From the NCBI RefSeq assembly GCF_000018105.1, contig NC_009925.1, positions 630,001 to 662,000 on the forward strand: a stretch of DNA of 32,000 nucleotides, given 5' to 3'. The translations under genes and the position numbers were made by a program. Each line of letters starts with the position of its first letter. Within the stretch, counting starts at the first letter, position 1. Of the stretch, positions 17,752-26,258 are shown one piece after another. The DNA is from Acaryochloris marina MBIC11017 (GTDB lineage: Bacteria > Cyanobacteriota > Cyanobacteriia > Thermosynechococcales > Thermosynechococcaceae). The notes beneath the pieces were generated by a model, which was not told where the DNA came from, ran no database searches, and was given only the letters and a program-made list of their open reading frames with translations.

Positions 17752-18546
17752 ATGGGTAAGCGAGTAACAATAAGCCCCCTGAGTATATCCTCAATGTTTA
17801 TTGAGCTTTTATATGATGATATAAGCCTAGGTTCAGGTAGCGCATTTTATCTAAAAAACAACAACAGATTATACCTAATAAGTAATTGGCATAATTATTC
17901 TGGGAGAAATCCAAAAACGAGAAAGCCTATACATAAAGAATGTGCAATACCGAATAAGGTAAAAGTTTATAGTTACAACGAAACCGATCAAGGCTTTGCT
18001 ATTGAAGAAAAGGTTTATGATTTATTAGACAACAATGAAATTTCCACTTGGTACGAGCATTGTGAGCTCGGGAGTAAGGTTGATGTAGCCGCATTACCTA
18101 TCAATGATGAAGATCTAGGTGATGTCATTGACATTGAAAGAGCGATAGAACTTGTTGACCCGTACGATAGCGAAACCATAAAAATTAGTGACAGTCTTTT
18201 TATTCTTGGTTATCCCTTTGGTTTAAGGGTTAATGATTCACTCCCTATATGGAAGTCAGCAACTGTAGCAAGTGAACCAGAAATAGACTGCGGTAGTGTT
18301 CCAATGTTTTATATTGATACAGCTACAAAAGCAGGTATGTCAGGCGCTCCTGTTATTATGTATAGGAAACGAGCAATACCTATATTTGGTGATGGCAAGT
18401 CAAGTGTGTATCACGCTGAATTTATAGGGATTTATTCTGGCCGAGTTATACCTAGAGATTTAATAGAGGTGCAACTTGGTAAAGTTTGGAAGAAGTCTTG
18501 TTTGCCTTCAGTTTTAAATGGTAGCAAGTACAGCTATTTTGCCTAA
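17752..18546 (+). CDS. Trypsin-like (S1/Trypsin_2-type) serine protease, no signal peptide, no accessory domain
   Basis: 264 aa. The triad is in chymotrypsin-like order and spacing: His in GSGSAFYL...LISNWHN, Asp in KVDVAALPI, Ser in TKAGMSGAPV. The N-terminus is not hydrophobic. The gene sits in a very AT-rich islet (hand counts of 32% and 23% GC on single lines). Confidence 0.75.
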   Translation: MGKRVTISPLSISSMFIELLYDDISLGSGSAFYLKNNNRLYLISNWHNYSGRNPKTRKPIHKECAIPNKVKVYSYNETDQGFAIEEKVYDLLDNNEISTWYEHCELGSKVDVAALPINDEDLGDVIDIERAIELVDPYDSETIKISDSLFILGYPFGLRVNDSLPIWKSATVASEPEIDCGSVPMFYIDTATKAGMSGAPVIMYRKRAIPIFGDGKSSVYHAEFIGIYSGRVIPRDLIEVQLGKVWKKSCLPSVLNGSKYSYFA

Positions 18547-18689
18547 CAAATTGCTTCCCTCGGATTTGTTACTCGTTACGCTTTCAGGTAAATAGACTAA
18601 TCCTGTGCGTAGAAATTGAGCCATCAGTTCTCGAATCTTTCGCAGCATGGACTAGGTCGACTCACACCTTAATGAGGTCTTCTATTTCG

Positions 18690-21600
18690 TTAGTCCAAGA
18701 TAGCGCTCTTGTTGAGGGAAATGAGCTTCCTAAAGGACTCATTATCTAGTTCTGTTAACCACGACTCGTCCGAACCAACAATCGCACCAGCCAGTTTTTT
18801 CTTGTCCTCAATCATTTCGTCAATCCGTTCTTCTAGGGTGCCGATGGCGACGAACTTATGGACAAATACATTTTTTTTCTGGCCGATGCGGAAAGCTCGG
18901 TCCGTAGCTTGATCCTCCACTGCCGGATTCCACCAGCGATCGAAGTGGAAGACGTGATTGGCCTTGGTGAGGGTGATGCCGACGCCCCCTGCTTTGAGGG
19001 ACAGAATAAACACAGATGGCCCAGTCTCAGGATCTTGAAACTCAGTAATCATCTGTTCTCGCTTATTGCGGTTGGTGCCGCCATGAATGTAGTAGGTGGT
19101 GTAGTGGTGGGTTTGACGCAGATATTTTTCCAAGGCATCACCGAGTTCGGTGAACTGGGTGAATACCAAAAGACTTTCCCCTTCCTCCATGACTTCAGTG
19201 ATCATCTCCGTGAGACGGCTGAGTTTATGGGAACGCTCGGGGGTGAAGTCGCTTTCATCTTGGAGGAACTGACGGGGATGGTTGCAAATTTGCTTGAGCT
19301 TTAGCAGGGTAGAGAGAATCATGCCCTTGCGCTGAATGCCGTCTACTTCGTCAATATCTTTGGAAATCTCTTTGACAACAGCTTCGTAAAGGGAGGCTTG
19401 TTCTTTGGTGAGGTTGCAGTAGAGTTTTTGCTCAACTTTGTCGGGTAGGTCTTTGATAATCGATTTGTCCGTTTTTACCCGCCGCAGGATAAAGGGCTCC
19501 ACTAGCTTTTTGAGAGTGGTTGATTGCCTGCGGTTATTGTCTTTTTGGATCGGCAGTTCAAAGTTCTTACGGAATTGGTTTTGCTTGCCTAAGTACCCCG
19601 GATTGAGGAAGTTGAAAATGGACCACAAATCCAGCAGTCGATTTTCTACGGGGGTGCCAGTGAGGGCCAGTCGGTGGGTGGCTGAGAGCTTAAGGATGGC
19701 TTTGGTTTGGGCGGCTTTGGGATTTTTGATATTTTGAGCTTCGTCTAAAACAATCCGATGCCAAGGAACAGCATCTAGTAGCTTGCTATCCCTGCGGGCG
19801 AGACTAAAGGACGTAATCACTACATCGTTTTGGTTCGCCATTGCCTTAAAGTCTTTGGCGACTTTGGCTCGTTCATTGCCGTGGTGAACGATGGCCTGTA
19901 AATGGGGAGCAAATTTCTGAATTTCTCGCCGCCAGTTGCCCACCACTGAGGTGGGGGCAATCAGCAGGGTCGGGGGGACGGTTTCGGCTTCTTCCCTTTC
20001 CTGAGCCAGACGAGCAATTACCTGAACGGTTTTTCCTAGGCCCATATCATCGGCCAAGCAGCCATTTAGACCGAGTTGCTCTAGGTAGTTCAACCAGGAG
20101 ACACCTCGCTTTTGGTATTCCCGTAGGGTTCCTTGCAAGGTTTCAGGATCTGAGATCGCATCCAGCTTACTCTTATCCTGAAGCTGCTTCAACATCTGGG
20201 CCAGGGTCTTATCGCGGTTAAAATCCACCTCCACATCCTCTCCCCCTTCTGCGGTCATCCGCATAAAGTCTAGAAGGGTCATATCGGGATTTTCGGCCTG
20301 CTGAGTTTTCCAGAACTCCAGCATCTGCTGCATTTTGTCTTGGTCGAGGTGCATCCACTGGCCCCGAAACTGTACTAGAGAGGATTTAGCCTGTACCAGC
20401 TCCAACCATTCCTGTTCAGACACCTTCTGATCGCCAATGGCTAGGTCGTACTTATATTCGACCAACCGATCTTGGGAGAAGTAACTCTTCGACTTATTGT
20501 TGGTGCTGGACATGGATCGACCCTTAGCCCGCAGCTTAATTTTGGCTCGCTGCCGACCTTTGGGCGTCCACCAGGCAGGCACAATTACTTTGTAGCCTGC
20601 GTTCTCTAATACCCAGGCGGATTCCTGTAAAAAGTCTAGGGCAGCACCAATCTCCAAAGGAATACCAATCGGTTGGTCGGTTTCTAGTCCCTGCCAAAGC
20701 TGAGGATAAATTCGAGCAGCATACCCTAAGCCGAGCAATAGATGCTGCTCGAAACTCTCACCCAAATGCTTTTGTAATTCCATTTGTTTTTGGGGTTTGA
20801 ACCGCCAGTATTCTGCAAGGGAAATTTGCAGGGACGGATCTTGTTTGGGGGCGACGAGAAACTGCAATTGCCAAGGTTCGTCTGGGAGCGGGGGATCCTG
20901 AAGCTGAAAGCAGAGATAGAAGGAGTTCGAGGTTTGGGTTTTACGGATGCGATCTCGCCACACTCGCCACTGCTCATACAGCTCCTGATTGATGCTTCGG
21001 CCATCACGCATTCCTGGTTGCCAACAATCCTCAATCAAAGTGCTGGCAATTTTTTTCGTAAAGCTGGCGGGTAAATAGGTTGCGGTAATAATTTCAGTCA
21101 ATAAATGTTCTGAAAAATGCCGCAACAGCGTTTTTCGATCATAAAAAGTGGGGGTTGGAGGACATTCTGAAAACCCAGCTACACAGGCTAAAGGCATATA
21201 GTCCACAAATCGATCTAGCTCAGTTTCATAGGATTCACTGACAATTTCCCAGGCTGGATAGATTTCGACAGACTGAGATTTGGTCCGAGATTTAGATTTG
21301 CTACGAGAGCCTTTGGCAGATGACACTTCTCGGTAACGCAGGGCTGGAATGTATTGATCCTTCAGTAAGACGGGTTTGAGGGTTTGGGTGTAGTGGTACC
21401 AAAACAGCAAATCTGCCCCGAGCTGCATATCTGCAAGATTATGCAGGGCAATAAAATGCAGCTCATTGAGCAGCTTGATAATGTCGGTGACAGGTTGCTG
21501 CTCATACTGCCCGGTTTTGACCCAGGTTTTGACCTCAAAGCATTCCACCTGCCAATACTGCCACTCAAAGGCCTCAGGAATGGCTTGTTCTAGGTATCGG

Positions 21601-21872
21601 GATAGTTCTAGGGAGGGGAGTGGCGCTTGATCCGTGCTGGGCAGCAAGAAATGGCGTGAATCAATCAGTTGTTCTAGGGGGCGACCGGGTTTTACACCTA
21701 GCTCATTGCTGAGGAAGTCTTCTAAGTCATCCCTGACTAACTGATAGGGATGAATGGAACGGCCCGTTTTGCGTTTCTTTTTTGGTTCTGTTGTTTCCAC
21801 CCAAAGATAGAAAGCGCCTGATTGTATAAATGTAGCTTCGTCAGGAATCCAGGTTCCGTGGATGATCTTCAT
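18690..21872 (-). CDS. SNF2-family DNA-dependent ATPase/helicase with bacterial SNF2-associated N-terminal region
   Basis: 1060 aa with an intact motif set: LREYQKRGVSWL, I DDMGLGKT, II DEAQNIKN, III LTGTPVENRL, IV LVFTQF, V LKAGGVGITLT, VI DRWWNPAVEDQATDRAFRIGQ. The roughly 570-aa N-terminal region (IHGTWIP..FYLW) is typical of the SWIM-partnered bacterial subgroup. Confidence 0.93.
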   Translation of the reverse strand: MKIIHGTWIPDEATFIQSGAFYLWVETTEPKKKRKTGRSIHPYQLVRDDLEDFLSNELGVKPGRPLEQLIDSRHFLLPSTDQAPLPSLELSRYLEQAIPEAFEWQYWQVECFEVKTWVKTGQYEQQPVTDIIKLLNELHFIALHNLADMQLGADLLFWYHYTQTLKPVLLKDQYIPALRYREVSSAKGSRSKSKSRTKSQSVEIYPAWEIVSESYETELDRFVDYMPLACVAGFSECPPTPTFYDRKTLLRHFSEHLLTEIITATYLPASFTKKIASTLIEDCWQPGMRDGRSINQELYEQWRVWRDRIRKTQTSNSFYLCFQLQDPPLPDEPWQLQFLVAPKQDPSLQISLAEYWRFKPQKQMELQKHLGESFEQHLLLGLGYAARIYPQLWQGLETDQPIGIPLEIGAALDFLQESAWVLENAGYKVIVPAWWTPKGRQRAKIKLRAKGRSMSSTNNKSKSYFSQDRLVEYKYDLAIGDQKVSEQEWLELVQAKSSLVQFRGQWMHLDQDKMQQMLEFWKTQQAENPDMTLLDFMRMTAEGGEDVEVDFNRDKTLAQMLKQLQDKSKLDAISDPETLQGTLREYQKRGVSWLNYLEQLGLNGCLADDMGLGKTVQVIARLAQEREEAETVPPTLLIAPTSVVGNWRREIQKFAPHLQAIVHHGNERAKVAKDFKAMANQNDVVITSFSLARRDSKLLDAVPWHRIVLDEAQNIKNPKAAQTKAILKLSATHRLALTGTPVENRLLDLWSIFNFLNPGYLGKQNQFRKNFELPIQKDNNRRQSTTLKKLVEPFILRRVKTDKSIIKDLPDKVEQKLYCNLTKEQASLYEAVVKEISKDIDEVDGIQRKGMILSTLLKLKQICNHPRQFLQDESDFTPERSHKLSRLTEMITEVMEEGESLLVFTQFTELGDALEKYLRQTHHYTTYYIHGGTNRNKREQMITEFQDPETGPSVFILSLKAGGVGITLTKANHVFHFDRWWNPAVEDQATDRAFRIGQKKNVFVHKFVAIGTLEERIDEMIEDKKKLAGAIVGSDESWLTELDNESFRKLISLNKSAILD

Positions 21873-22128
21873 GACTTAGGTTAGATACAGGTGGCTCAGG
21901 GTAGTTCCAAGATTAATCAAACTGTATCAGGCTGATTCTAAAAGACCAATCTGAGTGGTGATCCGTGAAATGGGCTCAGCCCCCTGCATATGAACATAAA
22001 TTCATACGATACGTTGACTGTAGTTTCTGATGATTCTGTCAAAATTTGGTGGAGCCCCAGCTTTCTCCCACCGATCAACAGGATTCAGTGCAAAACTCTT
22101 TTCCTCTTTCTGGAGCGAACTTTTGAAG

Positions 22129-22407
22129 ATGCGAAACGCCCTTTTCCTGCTTATGATTATTCCGGGGGTAGCTGGAGTGGTTATTTTTGGCAATGCAGCC
22201 TTAACCGATTGGCAACAGCTCAGAATCGACTATCGAGCCTATGAAGACGTTCTTCGCAGTACGGATGATTTATCTACGCTATTTAAAGCAGAAGCCGCTC
22301 AAAATATTCAACGGATTAACTTGTTTGCCGATGGTGTCTGGACTTTGCTGAGCGGAATCTTAGGGGCCATTGGCTTACATGGTTGGTTGAGCAACACAAA
22401 ATCATGA
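22129..22407 (+). CDS. Small two-TM membrane protein (hypothetical), translationally coupled to the ABC permease
   Basis: The track ORF is 22030..22407. The internal ATG at 22129 gives 92 aa with N- and C-terminal TM helices. Its TGA stop overlaps the permease ATG (ATGA). Confidence 0.45.
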   Translation: MRNALFLLMIIPGVAGVVIFGNAALTDWQQLRIDYRAYEDVLRSTDDLSTLFKAEAAQNIQRINLFADGVWTLLSGILGAIGLHGWLSNTKS

Positions 22408-23033
22408 GCTATATCCTCCAAAATCCGGATCTTGTATTGGAATTATTGCTGGAACATCTGCAAATGACGGGGATTGCTTTAGCAGGGGCCGTGATCATTG
22501 CGGTCCCTATTGCCTGGATCATTTATCGGTGGACTTGGCTACAAGGACCCATTATGGCGGTATTGGGAGTGATTTATACCATTCCTAGCTTGGCCTTGAT
22601 GATTTTGCTCATCCCGTTGCTGGGACTCAGTTCTATGACTGCCATTGTAGCCATGACCCTATATGCACAAGTCATATTGGTGCGAAGTATTTTGGTGGGG
22701 TTGCAGTCTATTCCGCAACCCATATTGGAGGCAGCTCAAGGGATGGGTATGTCTGCTTGGCAATGTTGGTGGCAGGTGCAAGTTCCGTTAATGCGACCTG
22801 TCTTTTTGGCGGGGGTTCGCTTAGCTACGACGGTTATGATTGCCCTAGGAACCATTGCAGCTAAATTTGGGGCAGGAGGATTGGGCGTATTGCTGTTTGA
22901 GGGCATTGCTCAAGCGGGACGATATGACAAAATCTGGGCTGGGACAATTGTGGTGGGCCTGTTAGCCGTCATCAGTAATGGTTTGTTGTGGCTGTGGGAG
23001 CAACAGTTGCAGCCTAAGTCTCCTCCAGCGTAG
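22404..23033 (+). CDS. Osmoprotectant-type (OpuCB/OpuBB-like) ABC transporter permease
   Basis: About 209 aa. It has the binding-protein-dependent permease core with IPSLALMILLIPLLG, EAAQGMGMS..Q....V.VPL..PV.LAG.R and IAAKFGAGGLG. ATG at 22404 is preferred over the track start at 22383. Confidence 0.85.
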   Translation: MSYILQNPDLVLELLLEHLQMTGIALAGAVIIAVPIAWIIYRWTWLQGPIMAVLGVIYTIPSLALMILLIPLLGLSSMTAIVAMTLYAQVILVRSILVGLQSIPQPILEAAQGMGMSAWQCWWQVQVPLMRPVFLAGVRLATTVMIALGTIAAKFGAGGLGVLLFEGIAQAGRYDKIWAGTIVVGLLAVISNGLLWLWEQQLQPKSPPA

Positions 23034-23200
23034 GTGGGCATTCTGTTCCCTGTATTGATAGGGTTGTGTAGGGGCGTCTGATATCCGGTCTTGTGAAAAA
23101 CGCTAGTGGCGTTGCCAAGAGATGGCTTACAAAGAACGAATTGAACTAGCTAAACTAGAATTTGCTCATCGAGCAGCATCACTTCTGAATTTAAATATTA

Positions 23201-24508
23201 ATGGCGGATTTGCAACCTTACTTTCAATTGCTTCGAGTTTCAGCGGATGTAACGCCTGCAGAGCTTAAGGCTGCCTTTCGCCGTCAGGCTAGAACCTGCC
23301 ACCCTGATTTACACCCAGACAACCCTGCTGCTGAGGCTGAGTTTCAACGTTTGAGCGAAGCCTATGACATTATTTCTGAAGCCCTCTATCCTCCTAGCCC
23401 AGTGGATGGATTTATTCATGGGGATGGCAGTAATGGTTTAACCAACGCTCAAGCATTGTATGCCCGAGGGACTCAAAAGGCTGCTGAAAGAGACTATATA
23501 GGGGCTATTCAGGACTACACCCGAGCCATTGAATCCGATCCAGAATTCTTGGATGCCTACCTTAAACGGTGTCAGGTGCGGTTTGTTCAGGGGGATGACG
23601 AAGGGGTACTGGCAGAATGTGCGGAGATTTTAGGGTTAGATGATACGGTTGCCCAGGCTTACTATTACCAGGGGCGAGCCCGATTGCAGTTAGGCTCTGC
23701 ACCCGCTGCGATCGCATCCTATAGCCAAGCTATTTCTCTAGATGAAGATTATGCCCAAGCCTGGTTGCACCGTGGACGGGCTCGTCTGGAAATGCAGGAA
23801 GAGACATTGGCCCGTGAAGACTTAACCAAGGCCGCACAGCTTTTTGAAGCCCAAGGTGAGCCAGATGAAGTCAACCGAGTGCAGGTGATTTTGCAAGAGA
23901 TGGGCCGGAGTCGTCGCTCGAAATCTGAGGTTAAAGTCCAAAGACAGCAATTAAGAGAGCAAGGTCTCTTACAAGATATTTTTACGACGATTCCTGAGTT
24001 CTTTATGAACCCAAGTGGTGGATTGTTGCCCACCTTTGCCCGCTTGTCTGCTCGACGGGCTACTGAAGTGGGGTTAAGCTATGCGGGGCTGTCCATACTG
24101 GGGTTTGTGTTAGCCGCTAACCTGTTTCCGATTGTCTTTAGTTCAGTCACTTTGGGCGAACGGTTTATACTCGGCGCGATGCCATTTTTTAGCTTAGTTT
24201 TTTTGAATCAACTTGTTCGGAGTCTGATTCGTGCTCGGGGGAGTTGGGCCAGCGATATTTTTATCAGTGGGGCAACGCTCTTGCCCCTGAGTTTGCTGAT
24301 GTTTTTAAGTGGGCTGGTGGTTCAATTTGGGGCGGCTGGCGTTTGGATTTTATCCTTCTATCTGGGGTGTGATTCGGTGTTGATGCTGTATGTGGGCTGC
24401 TCTCAAGTGAATAACTTGTCAGAGCAAAATGCTACATTGGCCGTTCCGACTCTATTATTGATAACCAGTGCATTGACCTATGGCACTTTTACAATATTTG
24501 CTAGCTGA
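23201..24508 (+). CDS. J-domain protein with TPR repeats and a C-terminal multi-TM region
   Basis: N-terminal J domain with an HPD motif (TCHPDLHPDN). Several TPR-like repeats are present (A..Y.RG......Y..AI.DY..AI). The last roughly 170 aa form about 4-5 hydrophobic helices. Confidence 0.8.
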   Translation: MADLQPYFQLLRVSADVTPAELKAAFRRQARTCHPDLHPDNPAAEAEFQRLSEAYDIISEALYPPSPVDGFIHGDGSNGLTNAQALYARGTQKAAERDYIGAIQDYTRAIESDPEFLDAYLKRCQVRFVQGDDEGVLAECAEILGLDDTVAQAYYYQGRARLQLGSAPAAIASYSQAISLDEDYAQAWLHRGRARLEMQEETLAREDLTKAAQLFEAQGEPDEVNRVQVILQEMGRSRRSKSEVKVQRQQLREQGLLQDIFTTIPEFFMNPSGGLLPTFARLSARRATEVGLSYAGLSILGFVLAANLFPIVFSSVTLGERFILGAMPFFSLVFLNQLVRSLIRARGSWASDIFISGATLLPLSLLMFLSGLVVQFGAAGVWILSFYLGCDSVLMLYVGCSQVNNLSEQNATLAVPTLLLITSALTYGTFTIFAS

Positions 24509-24531
24509 CCGACAGGAATGAAACCGCCGTT

Positions 24532-26202
24532 GTGATTGTTACCCTCATCGTTTTCTTGGGATGGATTGTCTCTGTTTGTCTGCACGAATTTGGACATGCC
24601 ATTATTGCTTACTGGGGAGGAGATAAAACGGTCAAAGATAAGGGTTATCTCACCCTGAACCCGCTCAAATATACGGATGTTTCTTTGAGTTTGGTACTGC
24701 CGATTGTCTTTCTACTGATTGGCGGCATCCCATTGCCTGGAGGAGCAGTCTATATCAATCGCAGCCTGATTCGGAATCGTTGGTGGGATAGTGCCATGTC
24801 CGCAGCAGGCCCTGCGGCAACGTTTATGGTGGCGCTGGTATTGTCGGTGCCTTTTAGGCTAGGGAATCCCCTTGAGGCGGTGGAAACTTCCCTGAGTTTA
24901 GGAACGTTTGAATTAGAGACTCTGACCACCCAAGATCAACTCTGGTTAGCCCTGGCATTTTTAGGGATGTTAGAAGTTGCGGGCGCTGTTTTAAATTTGC
25001 TACCTGTACCTTCTCTGGACGGCTTTGGGATTATTGAGCCCTGGCTTCCTCCACCGCTGCAACAACAAGTGAGGAAGTATAGCCGTTACGGGTTTTTAGT
25101 TTTATTTGGCTTGCTGTGGTTTGTCCCTGCTGCCAATGCTGCTTTTTGGGGATTGGTCTATGGCTTGAGTCAGCAGCTCGGCATCCCCGTATTGTTCTCC
25201 AGAATGGGGTACTTGGTATTTCGCCAGTGGTCCTGGCTACCGCTGGTGATTCTGGTAGTGACGATTGCTATTGGTCAACGACTGAACCCTCGAGCCCAGG
25301 TGCGGTCTAATCAACGAGTGGATTTGCAGCGTGCGATCGCAAATGCAGAATCAGCCGTTCAAGCCAATCCCAACCAGCCTCAATATTGGTATCAAAAAGG
25401 GCAACTACTCCTCGCTGATCACCAGTATGAAGCTGCTGAGGCCGCCTTCCATCAGGCCATTCAACTTAAGCCAGATGCGGATACCTGGCATTCCCGGGGG
25501 ATTGCTCTGTTATTTATGCAGCAATACGAACATGCGATCGCAGCCTTTGACGAAACCCTGCATTTGCAGTCTGATCAATCCCTAGCTTGGGTGCATCGAG
25601 GCCGGGCTCAGCGGGGACTACAGCGCTATGAAGATGAAATTACCGACTATGAGCAGGCCCTCGCTCTCGATCCTGAAAATGCGAATATTTGGTGCGATCA
25701 CGGTTTAGCCCACTATCACCTGGGCCAATATAAAGCAGCGATTGATAGCTTTGATCGAGCCGCCTACATTGATCCATCCTCTTGGACCGCATGGTACTTA
25801 AAAGGACTCGCACTGATGCCCCAGCAGCAGTTTGAGCGAGCCATTCGCTGCTACGATCATGCCTTAAATCTGCGGGCAGATGCGACCCAGACCTGGATTG
25901 CTAAAGGTTCAGCCTTGCTACAACTCCAAGATTTTGAAGGGGCGATTGCATCCTATGATCAAGCCCTTTCCTTAGAGCCTGAGAATGCCACAGCTGTCTA
26001 TAACAAGGCCTGTACCTATAGTTTGCAAGGGCAACGTGAGAAGGCCTTAGAGATGCTGAGTCAGGCTCTTAATCTCGATCCAAAAGTCAGTGACCTGGCA
26101 GCCTCCGATGTAGACCTCGATCCATTGCGCTCAGAACCCGCATTTCAGCAGTTGATGGCGGGTTACCATTCCAATTCTGATGGAGCCATGATCTCCGGTT
26201 AG
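24532..26202 (+). CDS. Site-2 protease (peptidase M50)-like membrane metalloprotease fused to a C-terminal TPR array
   Basis: GTG start. HEFGH (HExxH) lies in the first TM helix, and NLLPVPSLDG (the second S2P signature, NxxPxxxLDG) lies in a later TM helix. About 7 TPR repeats follow from about residue 265 to the end. Confidence 0.8.
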   Translation: MIVTLIVFLGWIVSVCLHEFGHAIIAYWGGDKTVKDKGYLTLNPLKYTDVSLSLVLPIVFLLIGGIPLPGGAVYINRSLIRNRWWDSAMSAAGPAATFMVALVLSVPFRLGNPLEAVETSLSLGTFELETLTTQDQLWLALAFLGMLEVAGAVLNLLPVPSLDGFGIIEPWLPPPLQQQVRKYSRYGFLVLFGLLWFVPAANAAFWGLVYGLSQQLGIPVLFSRMGYLVFRQWSWLPLVILVVTIAIGQRLNPRAQVRSNQRVDLQRAIANAESAVQANPNQPQYWYQKGQLLLADHQYEAAEAAFHQAIQLKPDADTWHSRGIALLFMQQYEHAIAAFDETLHLQSDQSLAWVHRGRAQRGLQRYEDEITDYEQALALDPENANIWCDHGLAHYHLGQYKAAIDSFDRAAYIDPSSWTAWYLKGLALMPQQQFERAIRCYDHALNLRADATQTWIAKGSALLQLQDFEGAIASYDQALSLEPENATAVYNKACTYSLQGQREKALEMLSQALNLDPKVSDLAASDVDLDPLRSEPAFQQLMAGYHSNSDGAMISG

Positions 26203-26258
26203 GTTAGCCCAATGGGGTGACGATAAAAATGGTGATTAAAGGGATATGGCACTCATGG

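Noticed and set aside
18514-18648. 44-aa minus-strand ORF (MLRKIRELMAQFLRTGLV...) between the SNF2 stop and the protease 3' end, considered as a remnant of a disrupted gene or recombinase
   Set aside because: It is too short, overlaps the protease stop, and has no recognisable integrase or transposase motif.
17208-18689. Calling the protease islet an insertion sequence or MITE
   Set aside because: I found no terminal inverted repeats, target-site duplication or transposase ORF at the boundaries. Only small AT-rich hairpins are present, for example AAGATT-N6-AATCTT at 17219-17236.
23122-23265. 47-aa ORF overlapping the start of the J-domain gene
   Set aside because: It is in a different frame from a gene whose J domain begins right at its annotated N-terminus, and it has no motif. 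Probably spurious.
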